DNA of 64,000 nt from a virus, in IMG/VR virus record IMGVR_UViG_3300032213_001988, positions 67,519 through 131,518 of that record, one strand, 5' to 3'. Below the pieces are notes generated by a model. It saw only the letters and a program-made list of their open reading frames with translations. It searched no databases and had not been told where the DNA came from. The translations under genes and the position numbers were made by a program. Every line of letters begins with the position of its first letter. Positions within the stretch are counted from its first letter, which is position 1. This document shows, piece by piece, positions 27,068 to 36,078 of the stretch.

Positions 27068-27334
27068 TCAACCATCGTATCCATCATCTTCGTACTCGCG
27101 CTCAAAGTCCGCGCTAGTACCGCAAGTTGGACACTTGTAAGTCCAGTACTCAAAGACCACGTTGTGGCTTCCGTACTCTTTTGTTAGAACGATTTCACGT
27201 TCCTCGAGCTTATCAAACTCAACGCACTCATCGTTTTGGCATGAAGCCTCACGATGGTCGATGTCTTCCCTTGAGTCGTAACCCGCAATTTGGGGTTCAA
27301 ATCCTGTGACGCCTGGTGGGTAGTTGCTTGCCAT
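27068..27334 (-). CDS. Hypothetical protein with Cys pairs
   Basis: MASNYPPGVTG...CQNDEC...CPTC; promoter 27361 and RBS. Confidence 0.75.
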   Translation of the reverse strand: MASNYPPGVTGFEPQIAGYDSREDIDHREASCQNDECVEFDKLEEREIVLTKEYGSHNVVFEYWTYKCPTCGTSADFEREYEDDGYDG

Positions 27335-27375
27335 GATTTGTCCTTTCGTCGTTATGGGATAATTATATCAGGTAG

Positions 27376-27410
27376 GTTATTGAAGAGGAGAGAGTCCCAC
27401 AACTCTCTCC
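27376..27410 (-). terminator. Hairpin downstream of small RNA copy 1
   Basis: gagagag...ctctctc inverted repeat just upstream of promoter 27361. Similar hairpins at about 27546-27577, 29186-29221, 30281-30306 and 34344-34370. Confidence 0.5.
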
Positions 27411-27437
27411 CCTTCCCCACCATCGCCTTAAAGTTAG

Positions 27438-27515
27438 ATACGCGGAGCGGCGTATTGTTTCCGACCCCTGCAGGTTTCGAGTCGTTCAGGTGACCAGCGC
27501 CTGTCCTCCGCGTAT
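27438..27515 (-). ncRNA. Unnamed structured small RNA, copy 1
   Basis: Starts at the predicted +1 of promoter 27521. 10-bp closing helix AUACGCGGAG/CUCCGCGUAU. Core shared with 36275-36350. No credible ORF before the next promoter. Confidence 0.75.
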
Positions 27516-27588
27516 AGGATAATTATATCAGGTTGGAAATGAGAAACTGGAGCTCCCAGTATCCGAGAGCTCCAGTCCTCAACTTTAG

Positions 27589-27831
27589 TTAGACAGCGTA
27601 GGCTAGTTCGTAACCCTTGTCAAGCTTTTCTTGAACCTTGATGAAAGCAAGTTGACGAGCATAAGACTCTGAGTAAACTTGCTTTACTGCAGTCTGACGC
27701 TGAGTCTTCTCAGCCATTCCCCAGACTGTGATTATCTTAGTTCCATCTACGATTACCTCGTACACTTTTTGCTTGCCATTGCTGCCACGTTCACCATCAC
27801 TGGTTTTTAGTAAACACCATTTCTTTTGCAT
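27589..27831 (-). CDS. WGR domain protein
   Basis: KVYEVIV...ITVWG...KVQEKLDKGY pattern. Confidence 0.75.
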   Translation of the reverse strand: MQKKWCLLKTSDGERGSNGKQKVYEVIVDGTKIITVWGMAEKTQRQTAVKQVYSESYARQLAFIKVQEKLDKGYELAYAV

Positions 27832-27913
27832 TTGGGTTTTCCTTTCGTCGTTGCGTCGTTGGGTTCGATATTAAGTTGTTAGGATAATTATATCAGGTAG
27901 GAAACTGGAGCGC

Positions 27914-28108
27914 CTATACGCTTCTATGATTTAGAAAATCTTCGATGACTTGGTGAATTGCATCATTGATGTCTTCAGCCAATTGGTCGATTTCTTCTTT
28001 CGTGTATTCCACGAAACCTTCTTCGTCTCCATTGCCCCACATCAGTCTCAACTGATCTGTCGTTAGAGATGAGTCATAGATTACTATGTCTTCTTTTTCT
28101 TCGGCCAT
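27914..28108 (-). CDS. Small acidic protein
   Basis: Promoter 28138 and RBS motif. Confidence 0.7.
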   Translation of the reverse strand: MAEEKEDIVIYDSSLTTDQLRLMWGNGDEEGFVEYTKEEIDQLAEDINDAIHQVIEDFLNHRSV

Positions 28109-28144
28109 TTTCAGTCCCTTCGTCGTTTGGTAAGGCTAATTATA

Positions 28145-28387
28145 TCAGGTAGGTTTTATGACGCCCGTCACCAAGTATGCATACGACACCATGCTGTCGT
28201 TGGGGTCGTAAATCGTAGCTGCTTGATTCGATAGAACTGACGAGTGTCTACGAGCGTGATGACCACAGAATAAAAGCATGCCCGTCAACATTGTTGCACG
28301 TACCTGTGCCTGCGAGCCACATCTGTCACATCGGTCCGTTGCCAGTAGCTGAGGCTGGGCTAATGCCGTTGTTACTTCTTCAACCAT
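28145..28387 (-). CDS. DUF7455-like actinobacterial zinc-binding protein
   Basis: DRCDRCGSQA...LLFCGHH. Confidence 0.7.
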   Translation of the reverse strand: MVEEVTTALAQPQLLATDRCDRCGSQAQVRATMLTGMLLFCGHHARRHSSVLSNQAATIYDPNDSMVSYAYLVTGVIKPT

Positions 28388-28391
28388 GCCG

Positions 28392-28586
28392 TTACGCTCC
28401 ATCCCACTCCGTTATGAATACCGCCTCGAAATCTGTAAGCGGTCGACCAAGCCCAATGTGAGCCATCTGCAAATACCGTGTTACATCAGCTTGCCGTCTT
28501 GCACGAAACCGGCTTATCTTCTCGCCCGTGTAGACATCGCGGATCTCCCAGATGCCCGCCGATGCGTTCTTCTTTTTAGTTGACAA
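28392..28586 (-). CDS. Hypothetical protein
   Basis: TTG start overlapping the upstream stop. Confidence 0.5.
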   Translation of the reverse strand: MSTKKKNASAGIWEIRDVYTGEKISRFRARRQADVTRYLQMAHIGLGRPLTDFEAVFITEWDGA

Positions 28587-28953
28587 CGTGCACCGTCGAC
28601 TCTCCGGCCCGTGCACTACGAAGCCGTTCAGCAAGTTCCTCGAGCTGTGCAAGCCAAGGAAAAGGAAGTGCAATCGTCTCGCCTTCATCGTCCGTGCCAC
28701 CTGTCAACACGATGTTGCCCATGATGACGTCCGTCATTGCGAAAGACTTCTCATATAGGTGCGTGCCGATGACATTTACTTCCATGCCGTTAATCAGCTT
28801 GCCTTCCTCATTACACCAAAGTGTAAGATCAGGTTTTAAGTCTACCGGCTGAATCAGTCCGCCGACCGCATCGCGCAGCTGCGCATACTCATCAGAGCTG
28901 AGATCAAGAACCTCGGTAGTAAAGTCAGTGTTGATGCGTAGCGCAGTTTTCAT
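28576..28953 (-). CDS. DUF3846-like protein
   Basis: AVGGLIQPV...LWCNEEGKL...GNIVLTG..D.EGE. Confidence 0.8.
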   Translation of the reverse strand: MKTALRINTDFTTEVLDLSSDEYAQLRDAVGGLIQPVDLKPDLTLWCNEEGKLINGMEVNVIGTHLYEKSFAMTDVIMGNIVLTGGTDDEGETIALPFPWLAQLEELAERLRSARAGESTVHVVN

Positions 28954-29132
28954 ATTGCCACGTCCACATCGGGAAACCATTTAATCATTGTTTGTAGTAG
29001 GTGGTCGTAATCGCCACTTGTCATTTCTGCAGTGAATGCAGCAACTTCGTCTCCGCGTCCAAGCTTCTCTAGCTCTCGGCGTCCTGCGCCAATAATTGCA
29101 AACGCATTTCCATCTGTAAGCATAATTGCCAT
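28950..29132 (-). CDS. Small phage protein
   Basis: DGNAFAIIG...MTSGDYDHLL; promoter 29161. Confidence 0.75.
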   Translation of the reverse strand: MAIMLTDGNAFAIIGAGRRELEKLGRGDEVAAFTAEMTSGDYDHLLQTMIKWFPDVDVAI

Positions 29133-29232
29133 CGGGCTATCCCTTCGTCGTTGTTAGGATAATTATATCAGGTGCGGAAATGGAGAAGAGAGCCAGCGAC
29201 TTCCCCAAGGCTGGCTCTCTTCAGAAGCTAGT

Positions 29233-29529
29233 TTACGCTGCTAGCTTCTTCTTTCCGCGACGCAATTCAGACATCAATTTTGATGCTTCCTTGGTGTTGG
29301 CTACCTGTGTCTTCATACCTGTTGAGATATCAAAGACCAAGTAGTGCGAGCGATTTGCCGCACGCAATACCGCAAGGGTCTTACGCTTGCGGAAGTAAGC
29401 TGGTTCGTAGCCAGAGGGAAGCTTCACACCTTTAGGAAGCGTTGGTAAAGTTTCAACGCGAGTGTAAGGCTTCGTCTGGACAAGAACCTTCTTGCTAGCT
29501 GTCTTCACAGCTGTTGGTTTCTTGGACAT
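29233..29529 (-). CDS. Basic hypothetical protein
   Basis: Lys/Arg-rich; GAAAGG RBS; upstream TATAAT at about 29583. Confidence 0.7.
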   Translation of the reverse strand: MSKKPTAVKTASKKVLVQTKPYTRVETLPTLPKGVKLPSGYEPAYFRKRKTLAVLRAANRSHYLVFDISTGMKTQVANTKEASKLMSELRRGKKKLAA

Positions 29530-29716
29530 GACTTGTCCTTTCGTCATTTTGTCTCCTCAGTCGATTTGGCTGAGGCTTGATCTATTATATACACGTTCCG
29601 CCTTAGAAGTAAACCCAAGACGAACCTGGAGTAATAGCCAATGATAAAGCGGAAGGTTCCGATCTCACCTTCCGAGTAGCGTCCGGAGACGTCCATCATG
29701 CTCCCTTGAAGGAGTC

Positions 29717-29914
29717 TTACGTTATTGCGCTGGGGTCGCATGTAGGAAGAGTGTGAGTTCGCCAATCGATGAGAATTTGATCTAAAGTTTCGGAGTACTC
29801 TATCGGCAGAGACTCAGAGACTTGTTTCATCATAAGAAGCGTCGCCATGTTTGCGGCAGCTCGCTCCTTGTGCCACTCTTTTGGGGAAAGGCACACCCCG
29901 CACTTCTCTTCCAT
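29717..29914 (-). CDS. Hypothetical protein
   Basis: TAATG overlap with the upstream gene. Confidence 0.5.
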   Translation of the reverse strand: MEEKCGVCLSPKEWHKERAAANMATLLMMKQVSESLPIEYSETLDQILIDWRTHTLPTCDPSAIT

Positions 29915-30234
29915 TACGAAAGAGAAACGGGAGTGTTGGCAAGTGCGTTTGTCACTTGAGAGACTGAAAGATCATTGTACCCACCAACGTGCCATTCGTA
30001 AATCTCACTCAGGGCAGGTGCACCTTCTTCGTATCGCTTCCAGTCATAGACTGTTGCAATGATTCCATTCTCAAACTGAATTACCCATTCTGTAGTAACC
30101 TTGTCATGCTCATCATCAGTTATGAATGTTGGCATACCAAATGTTTCAATTAGAGCGGCGCGTGTTGTAGTCACGTACCCTTGCAGGCTTGTGCCTACAC
30201 CATTGTCGATTACGTCTTTAGTTGTAAACTTCAT
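29914..30234 (-). CDS. Phage hypothetical protein
   Basis: TSLQGYV...FGMP...DKVTTEW...ATVYDWK...WHVGG. Confidence 0.8.
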   Translation of the reverse strand: MKFTTKDVIDNGVGTSLQGYVTTTRAALIETFGMPTFITDDEHDKVTTEWVIQFENGIIATVYDWKRYEEGAPALSEIYEWHVGGYNDLSVSQVTNALANTPVSLS

Positions 30235-30274
30235 TTGATTCCTTTCGTTGTCGTTAGGACAATTATATCATATA

Positions 30275-30596
30275 AGAAATGGAGCTGGGCTTTTACACCC
30301 AGCTCCACCTCGTGCACTTTTGAACTCGAGCTGCATACTCCGGACTGCGTCTCACTGACCGAACAAGAGGAGAGCGACTCCTCCGCTCACGTTCGGTAGG
30401 CTGTTGACCAGACCTATGCCCTTTGCACTGCGACCTGCGCCGCATACCCCAACGCCTCAATTGGCGCCAAGGAACTCTTCATCCCAGTTGCTCTTCTTTG
30501 GAGTACTCTGCCAGTGGCAGAACCATTATGGTCGGCTGGGAATTTGTTCAATCCTCACTGTGTTGTGAGGGGAGCCTTGCGACTCCCCTCCAACTT
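30275..30596 (-). ncRNA. Candidate ~320-nt structured non-coding RNA
   Basis: No minus-strand ORF in the track; dense nested hairpins (see findings). Confidence 0.45.
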
Positions 30597-30947
30597 TTAC
30601 AGTGCTTTTATGAAGTCGTAAGGTGTGGAGACTAGAGTCGCCACATACGCTTCTGGCCATCCGGCTTCAAGAGCCTTCCGATCAATTTTAGTGTTGCTGG
30701 AGTTTTGCAGTTTGAATCTTTCAACACCACGAATCATTCCGATTCCGGCAGTGCCTAGGAGTTCACGGAGGCGGGCTTCTGCCTTCTCCTTTTGTTCCTC
30801 GTGAGCTTTGATTGCTTCACGAGCAGCGATGAACTGGAACAGAACCTTTTCAGCGTCTGTTGCAGTAAGGTCGACTACGTCAACCTTCGTAGTTGCAGTT
30901 GCCACAGTTGTGACTGTTGTGACTGCGGATGATGTCTTTGTAGACAT
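30597..30947 (-). CDS. Coiled-coil hypothetical protein (Gam/Gp157-like architecture)
   Basis: Helical AREAIKAHEEQKEKAEARLRELLG followed by TKIDRKAL; promoter 30993. Confidence 0.65.
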   Translation of the reverse strand: MSTKTSSAVTTVTTVATATTKVDVVDLTATDAEKVLFQFIAAREAIKAHEEQKEKAEARLRELLGTAGIGMIRGVERFKLQNSSNTKIDRKALEAGWPEAYVATLVSTPYDFIKAL

Positions 30948-31012
30948 ATATGTCCCTTCGTCATTTACCATCGGGCGTTCCGATGATAGGATAATTATAT
31001 CAGGCAGGAAAC

Positions 31013-31246
31013 CTATTTTGGAGCTAGACGTCTTTCAGCTTCATCAATACAGTATTGAAGACCAAACTCTTCAGCGCCTGGCGCATCCTTATCAAAGAGT
31101 CTCACTGCTTCTTCCCACACTTCTTTCGAGTACGGGTTGTCTTCGTCCATGTATTCAGCATGCTCTTTTGAGAACCACTGAATCATGATTTCCTCGTTTG
31201 GGTCGAGTTCCATCAAGTTCTTTATTGCGTCTGCGACTGTCGTCAT
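31013..31246 (-). CDS. Small acidic protein
   Basis: Promoter 31279 and RBS motif. Confidence 0.7.
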   Translation of the reverse strand: MTTVADAIKNLMELDPNEEIMIQWFSKEHAEYMDEDNPYSKEVWEEAVRLFDKDAPGAEEFGLQYCIDEAERRLAPK

Positions 31247-31285
31247 ACTGTTCCTTTCGTCGTTTGGTCGTTAGGTGCAATTATA

Positions 31286-31693
31286 TCAGGTAGGAATCTT
31301 AGTCTCAGTTCCATACTCGAAAATCTCATCCTCGAACTTATCGCCTTCAACCTCGACGTCTCCTGGTAGCTCGTATTCGTGAAGTACGTGTACCACGTTC
31401 GAACCTTCCCACCAGTCTCCATTAGGAGATGCGAACCACGTCCTGTACTCCTTAGGCTTTACGAATTGCCCCGTCTCATCACGGTCAAAGGGAGCTTCTA
31501 GTCTAGGGTCGTCTGACTGTATTACCAGCGGGACGAATAGCCCGTCATTATCGATGGTCAGGCCTGAGCGTATTACAACCTCGCCCGTCATCTCATCCAG
31601 CTCTATGGTGAAGCCTGCAAGCCGTTCATCAACGAATCGACCTAAGGCGCTAAGGGACAGTAGATCCTTGCCTTCAAGATTCATGCCCGTCAC
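31286..31693 (-). CDS. Acidic hypothetical protein
   Basis: GTGA overlap; stop lies inside the promoter motif. Confidence 0.65.
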   Translation of the reverse strand: MTGMNLEGKDLLSLSALGRFVDERLAGFTIELDEMTGEVVIRSGLTIDNDGLFVPLVIQSDDPRLEAPFDRDETGQFVKPKEYRTWFASPNGDWWEGSNVVHVLHEYELPGDVEVEGDKFEDEIFEYGTETKIPT

Positions 31694-31854
31694 CCTACCT
31701 GTAGTAGTTCATTACAAAGATTGCAATAATAAGCGTCTCCAAGAATAGAGTCTTCATCGTACAAATGGAATACGTCAGGGCTGCCGTTGTGATAGTTTTC
31801 TCTGCAGGTGTCACACCCGTTGAGGCAATCGCCTGCGTGTATCGTGGTCGCCAT
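31690..31854 (-). CDS. Small zinc-finger-like protein (54 aa)
   Basis: Hand-translated: DCLNGCDTC...YYCNLC; TAATG overlap. Confidence 0.6.
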   Translation of the reverse strand: MATTIHAGDCLNGCDTCRENYHNGSPDVFHLYDEDSILGDAYYCNLCNELLQVG

Positions 31855-32081
31855 TATCGAATCATCTTCTCTACGAAGATGTGTCCTGGCCCGTTTCCTT
31901 CTGGGTCCTGGCTAGGTACGAAACCCAAGCCATTGTCAAGTGTGAACACCACTGGTAGCGAACCGCCACCGTGTTCCCAACCAAAATCTTCTACCTCGCC
32001 GTCCGTCATTTCACGAACGCCGGTGATGGTTCGCCCGATAAGCGAGCCCCATTCTTTTTTGATGTATGCGTCGTATGTCAT
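31854..32081 (-). CDS. Phage hypothetical protein
   Basis: LIGRTITGVREMT...SQDPEGNGPG; promoter 32147. Confidence 0.75.
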   Translation of the reverse strand: MTYDAYIKKEWGSLIGRTITGVREMTDGEVEDFGWEHGGGSLPVVFTLDNGLGFVPSQDPEGNGPGHIFVEKMIR

Positions 32082-32164
32082 TGGTTTCCTTCCGTCGTTG
32101 TTGGTATCCTACCGAGCCACAGGCCCGTGACCCGGTAGGATAGGACAATTATATCAGGTAGGAA

Positions 32165-32404
32165 TTAGTCTTCGACGTCAGCACGCAAGTACTGAACACC
32201 GTCATCACGCTCGTCCACTACCCAAGGGAGACGACTGCGTGACAGGTCACCCATGCTATTGGCTAGCTCAACCGCAGCCTTCTTAGCGGCGCCTAGGCTT
32301 GTCCTAGCTGCGTGACGTGACTCACCTGTGACAGCGTACTTGACTGATATTAGCCAAGCCGATTGTGGAGCTTTGTTCTTCAAGAGTGTCGCTGTGATAC
32401 TCAT
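32165..32404 (-). CDS. Hypothetical protein
   Basis: Start re-called to ATG 32404 behind GAAAGG. Confidence 0.7.
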   Translation of the reverse strand: MSITATLLKNKAPQSAWLISVKYAVTGESRHAARTSLGAAKKAAVELANSMGDLSRSRLPWVVDERDDGVQYLRADVED

Positions 32405-32422
32405 GTCGTTCCTTTCGTTAGA

Positions 32423-32486
32423 TTCCGTCATTGGAATTTTGGACCGGAGCACTTGGATAATCTGACGGAAGAACCAAGCACTCCGG
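32423..32486 (-). promoter_or_regulatory. Intercistronic H-type RNA pseudoknot candidate
   Basis: 13-bp stem with tandem G-U pairs (32444-56/32474-86); loop 8-mer complementary to 32423-30. Confidence 0.5.
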
Positions 32487-32493
32487 ATTCTAT

Positions 32494-34281
32494 TTATGCT
32501 GCAGTTCGTGAAGTCACTTTCTCAAGTGCTTTCGCTGCTGCTCTGCCAATTTCAAGTGCTGCCTTTGCTGGATCATTTACATCTGCAAGCATCACCGCAT
32601 CAGTACCTTTGATGATATCTTCTGCGTAGTAATCTCTTGGACCCATCGGCAACCAGAGAACTGCTACTCCAGTCTCGTGGCAACGACGTATCCAACGCTT
32701 AGCTTTCTCGATCTCTTCACCTGTGTAGCAACCATCACTCACAACTACAAGTAGGCGAGCGCCAGTGCCATGCAGAAGATTTAGAGAACCATCGAGTGCC
32801 TTGAATGCTTTGTTGAACTTTTCAGTTCCATCAGGTGCAGTGTAAACAGTTACCTCTGAAAGACTTTGCCCTGGCTTTAGTGTAGGGAACACGTCCTGAC
32901 CATAGTAGACCATTGCGCAACGTGCTTGAACTCGCTTAGCAGCCTCAGACATAACCCAGGCAGTTGCTGCCATAGGTTGCATTGCACTTGACATAGAACC
33001 TGAGATGTCAACCATCACACCTACTGTAAGTGTTGGGTCATCAGTGTGCTTACGAATAGTACGCTTCCAAGGTTCTGTCTTTGACAGAATACCCTTAGAC
33101 TTTTCTGCCGCACCTTGCACCATAGCTCGAGTGCGCAACTTGCCAGGAGGAAGTTGAGAGACGATGTCGTGCTCATCACGCTCACGATACTTTGCCTTCT
33201 CAAGTAATTGAGCAACCTTAACTGCTGCTGCTCGCTCTGGACCTGTAGGCATACGTCTTTCGTGTAAACGTGATGATGTGCGTGACTCTGGGCTTGGGCC
33301 AGTGCCTTTCATAAAGACTTCCTGTGCTTCCTTCTTGTGGTCGTGGCGTTCCTTTGTTGCAGAAGACTTTGCCTGCACTTCTTCTGCCCACTCTTCAGAA
33401 GTCTGCTGATCATTTAGATCATCCTGCGCACCAATCGATGCAGACTCTGCTGCATCTTGTAGAGCGTCAAGTAGTACTCTAATAAATTCTTGTCCTTCTT
33501 CTGACTGAGTTCCATCCTCGGGCTCGCCACGTTCTGCGGCAGCGTCCTTCACAAGCTTTGCCCATTCGCGAGCAAGTTCATATAGAGGTTCTGGGTTTGT
33601 GTGCATCTCATGCATTTGGAATCTATTCCAGATAGAACGCAGACCCTTTAGTAGATCTTCGCCAAGGAACAACTCTAATTCTTCTGCGATGAACTCAACG
33701 TCTGATCGCTCAAGAACGTCTGCATCAATTCGTGCAAGTGTAAGTGCGGCAAGGGTTGCTGCAGATGATGTAGTTGAAAGACCTTTGACACCTTCGAACG
33801 CATCTGCAAGTACGATGTCGATAGCGCAAGCGCGGAGGAACCCACGATTGTGTGGAAGTACTTGAACTCCTAGAGCCTCGATGCGAGATTCCTCAAGCAT
33901 CATCAGTGCATGAACCTCTTCCTTTGAAAGAACCTTTGCTGCTTCTGGAAGACTGTATAGTGAGAAGCGAGCATGCATTGCCTCGTGAAGGATTGCACCT
34001 GTTGCACGTGGCCAGTCATATTGAACTGAACGCTCTGTGATGTCACCAATCTGTTCTGGCAAGATGCCCTTGCCGAACGCGATGGTGCAGTTGACTTCTA
34101 CTTCTGAAAGTGATGGGTTGAATGCTGCAGGAGCGCCATCGCCAGCGTTAGGGCCAACGTATGCAACGATGTTGTCGCGACCGGCCAACGTATTGGTAAG
34201 GCGTCCTATCTGTGACCCAACCTTTAGCCACTCCATAGGAGTTGCCTCAGCGCGGGTTGCTGAATGCTTGATGTGTGCCAT
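32494..34281 (-). CDS. vWA (MIDAS) domain protein with N-terminal HExxH metallopeptidase-like domain (CobT-like)
   Basis: ILHEAMH...LEESRIE; DISGSM and VVVSDG. Confidence 0.85.
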   Translation of the reverse strand: MAHIKHSATRAEATPMEWLKVGSQIGRLTNTLAGRDNIVAYVGPNAGDGAPAAFNPSLSEVEVNCTIAFGKGILPEQIGDITERSVQYDWPRATGAILHEAMHARFSLYSLPEAAKVLSKEEVHALMMLEESRIEALGVQVLPHNRGFLRACAIDIVLADAFEGVKGLSTTSSAATLAALTLARIDADVLERSDVEFIAEELELFLGEDLLKGLRSIWNRFQMHEMHTNPEPLYELAREWAKLVKDAAAERGEPEDGTQSEEGQEFIRVLLDALQDAAESASIGAQDDLNDQQTSEEWAEEVQAKSSATKERHDHKKEAQEVFMKGTGPSPESRTSSRLHERRMPTGPERAAAVKVAQLLEKAKYRERDEHDIVSQLPPGKLRTRAMVQGAAEKSKGILSKTEPWKRTIRKHTDDPTLTVGVMVDISGSMSSAMQPMAATAWVMSEAAKRVQARCAMVYYGQDVFPTLKPGQSLSEVTVYTAPDGTEKFNKAFKALDGSLNLLHGTGARLLVVVSDGCYTGEEIEKAKRWIRRCHETGVAVLWLPMGPRDYYAEDIIKGTDAVMLADVNDPAKAALEIGRAAAKALEKVTSRTAA

Positions 34282-34386
34282 TTGGTATCCTTCCGTCGTT
34301 TGTGCTTATGGGATAATTATATCAGGTAAGAAAGTTATGGAGAGGGTGGGCACCCAATGAGCCCACCCTTCCGGTGCCAGGATTGT

Positions 34387-35370
34387 TTAGATCTTGGCTG
34401 GACGGCACTCTTCGCCGAACACCCTAGTGAACACGTCCGCTACGACGGGGCGGTCGAGTTCAGGTGCTGCAGCGAGTAAGTTCGCGATTGCGAACTTTGT
34501 GCCGAAACTTTTCACAAGATCACGGAACCCAAGGAGTTCACGCATCTGTGGTGCCCAGGAGACTTCTCCTGTTTGCTGCTTCTTTGCTAGGTTTTGAGCA
34601 GCAGTGACAATTGTTGAAGGAGCGCCCAACTTGCGAGCAAGACTCCAGTCTGTTGTCATCTCGGCATGAATAGTAAATCGAGATAGAAGCGCTTCTGAAA
34701 GTCGAACTCCAGGAGCGTTTGGGTTGGTTGCAGCGATTACATAGAACCCAGGTTTAGCTTTTACTATGCCACGCTCTGGGTTTGCAGTAACTGCGTAGGT
34801 GCCAGTGCCATCCATGAATGAATAGACAACAGACATAACCTTTGGATCAACGAGACCTACCTCATCAATTAGAAGTGGTACACCACGCTCCGCAGCTTTT
34901 AGGAGTGGACCATCGACCCACTCGAATCCACCTGAAGGAGTTTGGATATATCCACCAATGAAGTCGGCGATCTCTGTGTCGCCTGTACCAAGAATTGTTT
35001 CGAAGTCATCGAATGATGCTTGGACAAGTGCAGTCTTACCACAACCTGGAGCGCCATAGAGAAGAATGAATTGCTTGTCCTCGCGCGCCTTGCGTAGTAC
35101 TGCTACATCGTGGTGTTCGCCCCACTGACGTGTGTAGTACCACTCGCCATTTGGACGTAGATACTTCTCATCGGCAGTAAGTGAATCTGGTGAGATCATA
35201 GGAACAACTTTCTTTGTAGCAACAGTTCGGGCAGTAGCCTTACCTGGTGCCGGCATGAAAGCATCTAGCTTTGCACTCATCTCAGCATTGACGCTTGATG
35301 ACGCAGCACTAGATAAGATCTCTGCAAGCCCTGGGTGGAGCTTGTCGTAATCTATCGTAAGTGTAGACAT
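34387..35370 (-). CDS. MoxR-family AAA+ ATPase (CbbQ/NorQ/CobS-like)
   Basis: GAPGCGKT, LLIDE, AATNP, ALLSRF. Confidence 0.9.
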   Translation of the reverse strand: MSTLTIDYDKLHPGLAEILSSAASSSVNAEMSAKLDAFMPAPGKATARTVATKKVVPMISPDSLTADEKYLRPNGEWYYTRQWGEHHDVAVLRKAREDKQFILLYGAPGCGKTALVQASFDDFETILGTGDTEIADFIGGYIQTPSGGFEWVDGPLLKAAERGVPLLIDEVGLVDPKVMSVVYSFMDGTGTYAVTANPERGIVKAKPGFYVIAATNPNAPGVRLSEALLSRFTIHAEMTTDWSLARKLGAPSTIVTAAQNLAKKQQTGEVSWAPQMRELLGFRDLVKSFGTKFAIANLLAAAPELDRPVVADVFTRVFGEECRPAKI

Positions 35371-35416
35371 TGGGTGTCCTTTCGTCGTTGGGTATTGCGT
35401 GTCTAATTATATCAGG

Positions 35417-35875
35417 TCAGGAAACGAATAACGCTTCGCCGAACCCTAAGGTCCTACGGCAACGTGTAATTCGACCTAGAATCTTGTATGGTGTCTTGCC
35501 TAGACGCACGTCATCGAGATCTTCTGGAGTAACCTCCACCACGATTGGTTGCTTGTAGACAACCCAGCCATTGTTGACTAGTTGGTTGAATAGGGAATCT
35601 GTGAATGAGACTTTGTCTCGTGCCACAAGGTTTGCCTGTTCAATTGAGTATTGAGCGATCTTGCCCATTGAATCACACTCTGGAGATTGGTTAGCAGATA
35701 TCTGCTTCCAAGTCTTTCGAGGTTGAACCTTACTGATCCTGCGACGATAAAGCGTCAACGGGACGAGTTTGTTTGAGGTTGTGAAACCTTCAGGCGTCAA
35801 TATAAGTTGAGTAGTGTAATCGCCACTGCGCAACTCTAGATATAGTGCTTTTCCTGCGACTGCTGTAGTCTGCAT
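35417..35875 (-). CDS. Hypothetical protein
   Basis: 152 aa; promoter 35905 and RBS motif. Confidence 0.75.
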   Translation of the reverse strand: MQTTAVAGKALYLELRSGDYTTQLILTPEGFTTSNKLVPLTLYRRRISKVQPRKTWKQISANQSPECDSMGKIAQYSIEQANLVARDKVSFTDSLFNQLVNNGWVVYKQPIVVEVTPEDLDDVRLGKTPYKILGRITRCRRTLGFGEALFVS

Positions 35876-35922
35876 TGGGTGTCCTTTCGTCGTTGGTACT
35901 GGATAATTATATCAGGCAGGAT

Positions 35923-36078
35923 TTAAGAATAGAGCGGGGGCTTCTCCATAAAGTCGTTACTCACGAGTATCGAGGTAACGCGCTCGACCTTTTCATAGTC
36001 TTCTCTGTTACCTTCCATCACGTAGACTATATCTTTTAAGATAGCCTCATAGATCTCTTCCCAATTTCTGTCGTTCAT
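35923..36078 (-). CDS. Small hypothetical protein (51 aa)
   Basis: MNDRNWEEIYEAIL...; ATGA overlap. Confidence 0.55.
   Translation of the reverse strand: MNDRNWEEIYEAILKDIVYVMEGNREDYEKVERVTSILVSNDFMEKPPLYS

Noticed and set aside
27438-27515. Calling the small RNAs hammerhead ribozymes or Y RNAs
   Set aside because: The core reads CUGAAC rather than CUGANGA, only 2 nt lie where stem I should be, and the Ro60-binding helix cannot form. Kept as an unnamed RNA.
29544-29765. 73-aa ORF between 29529 and 29717
   Set aside because: It overlaps a TATAAT promoter, a hairpin and the RBS leader of the next gene, so it is probably non-coding.
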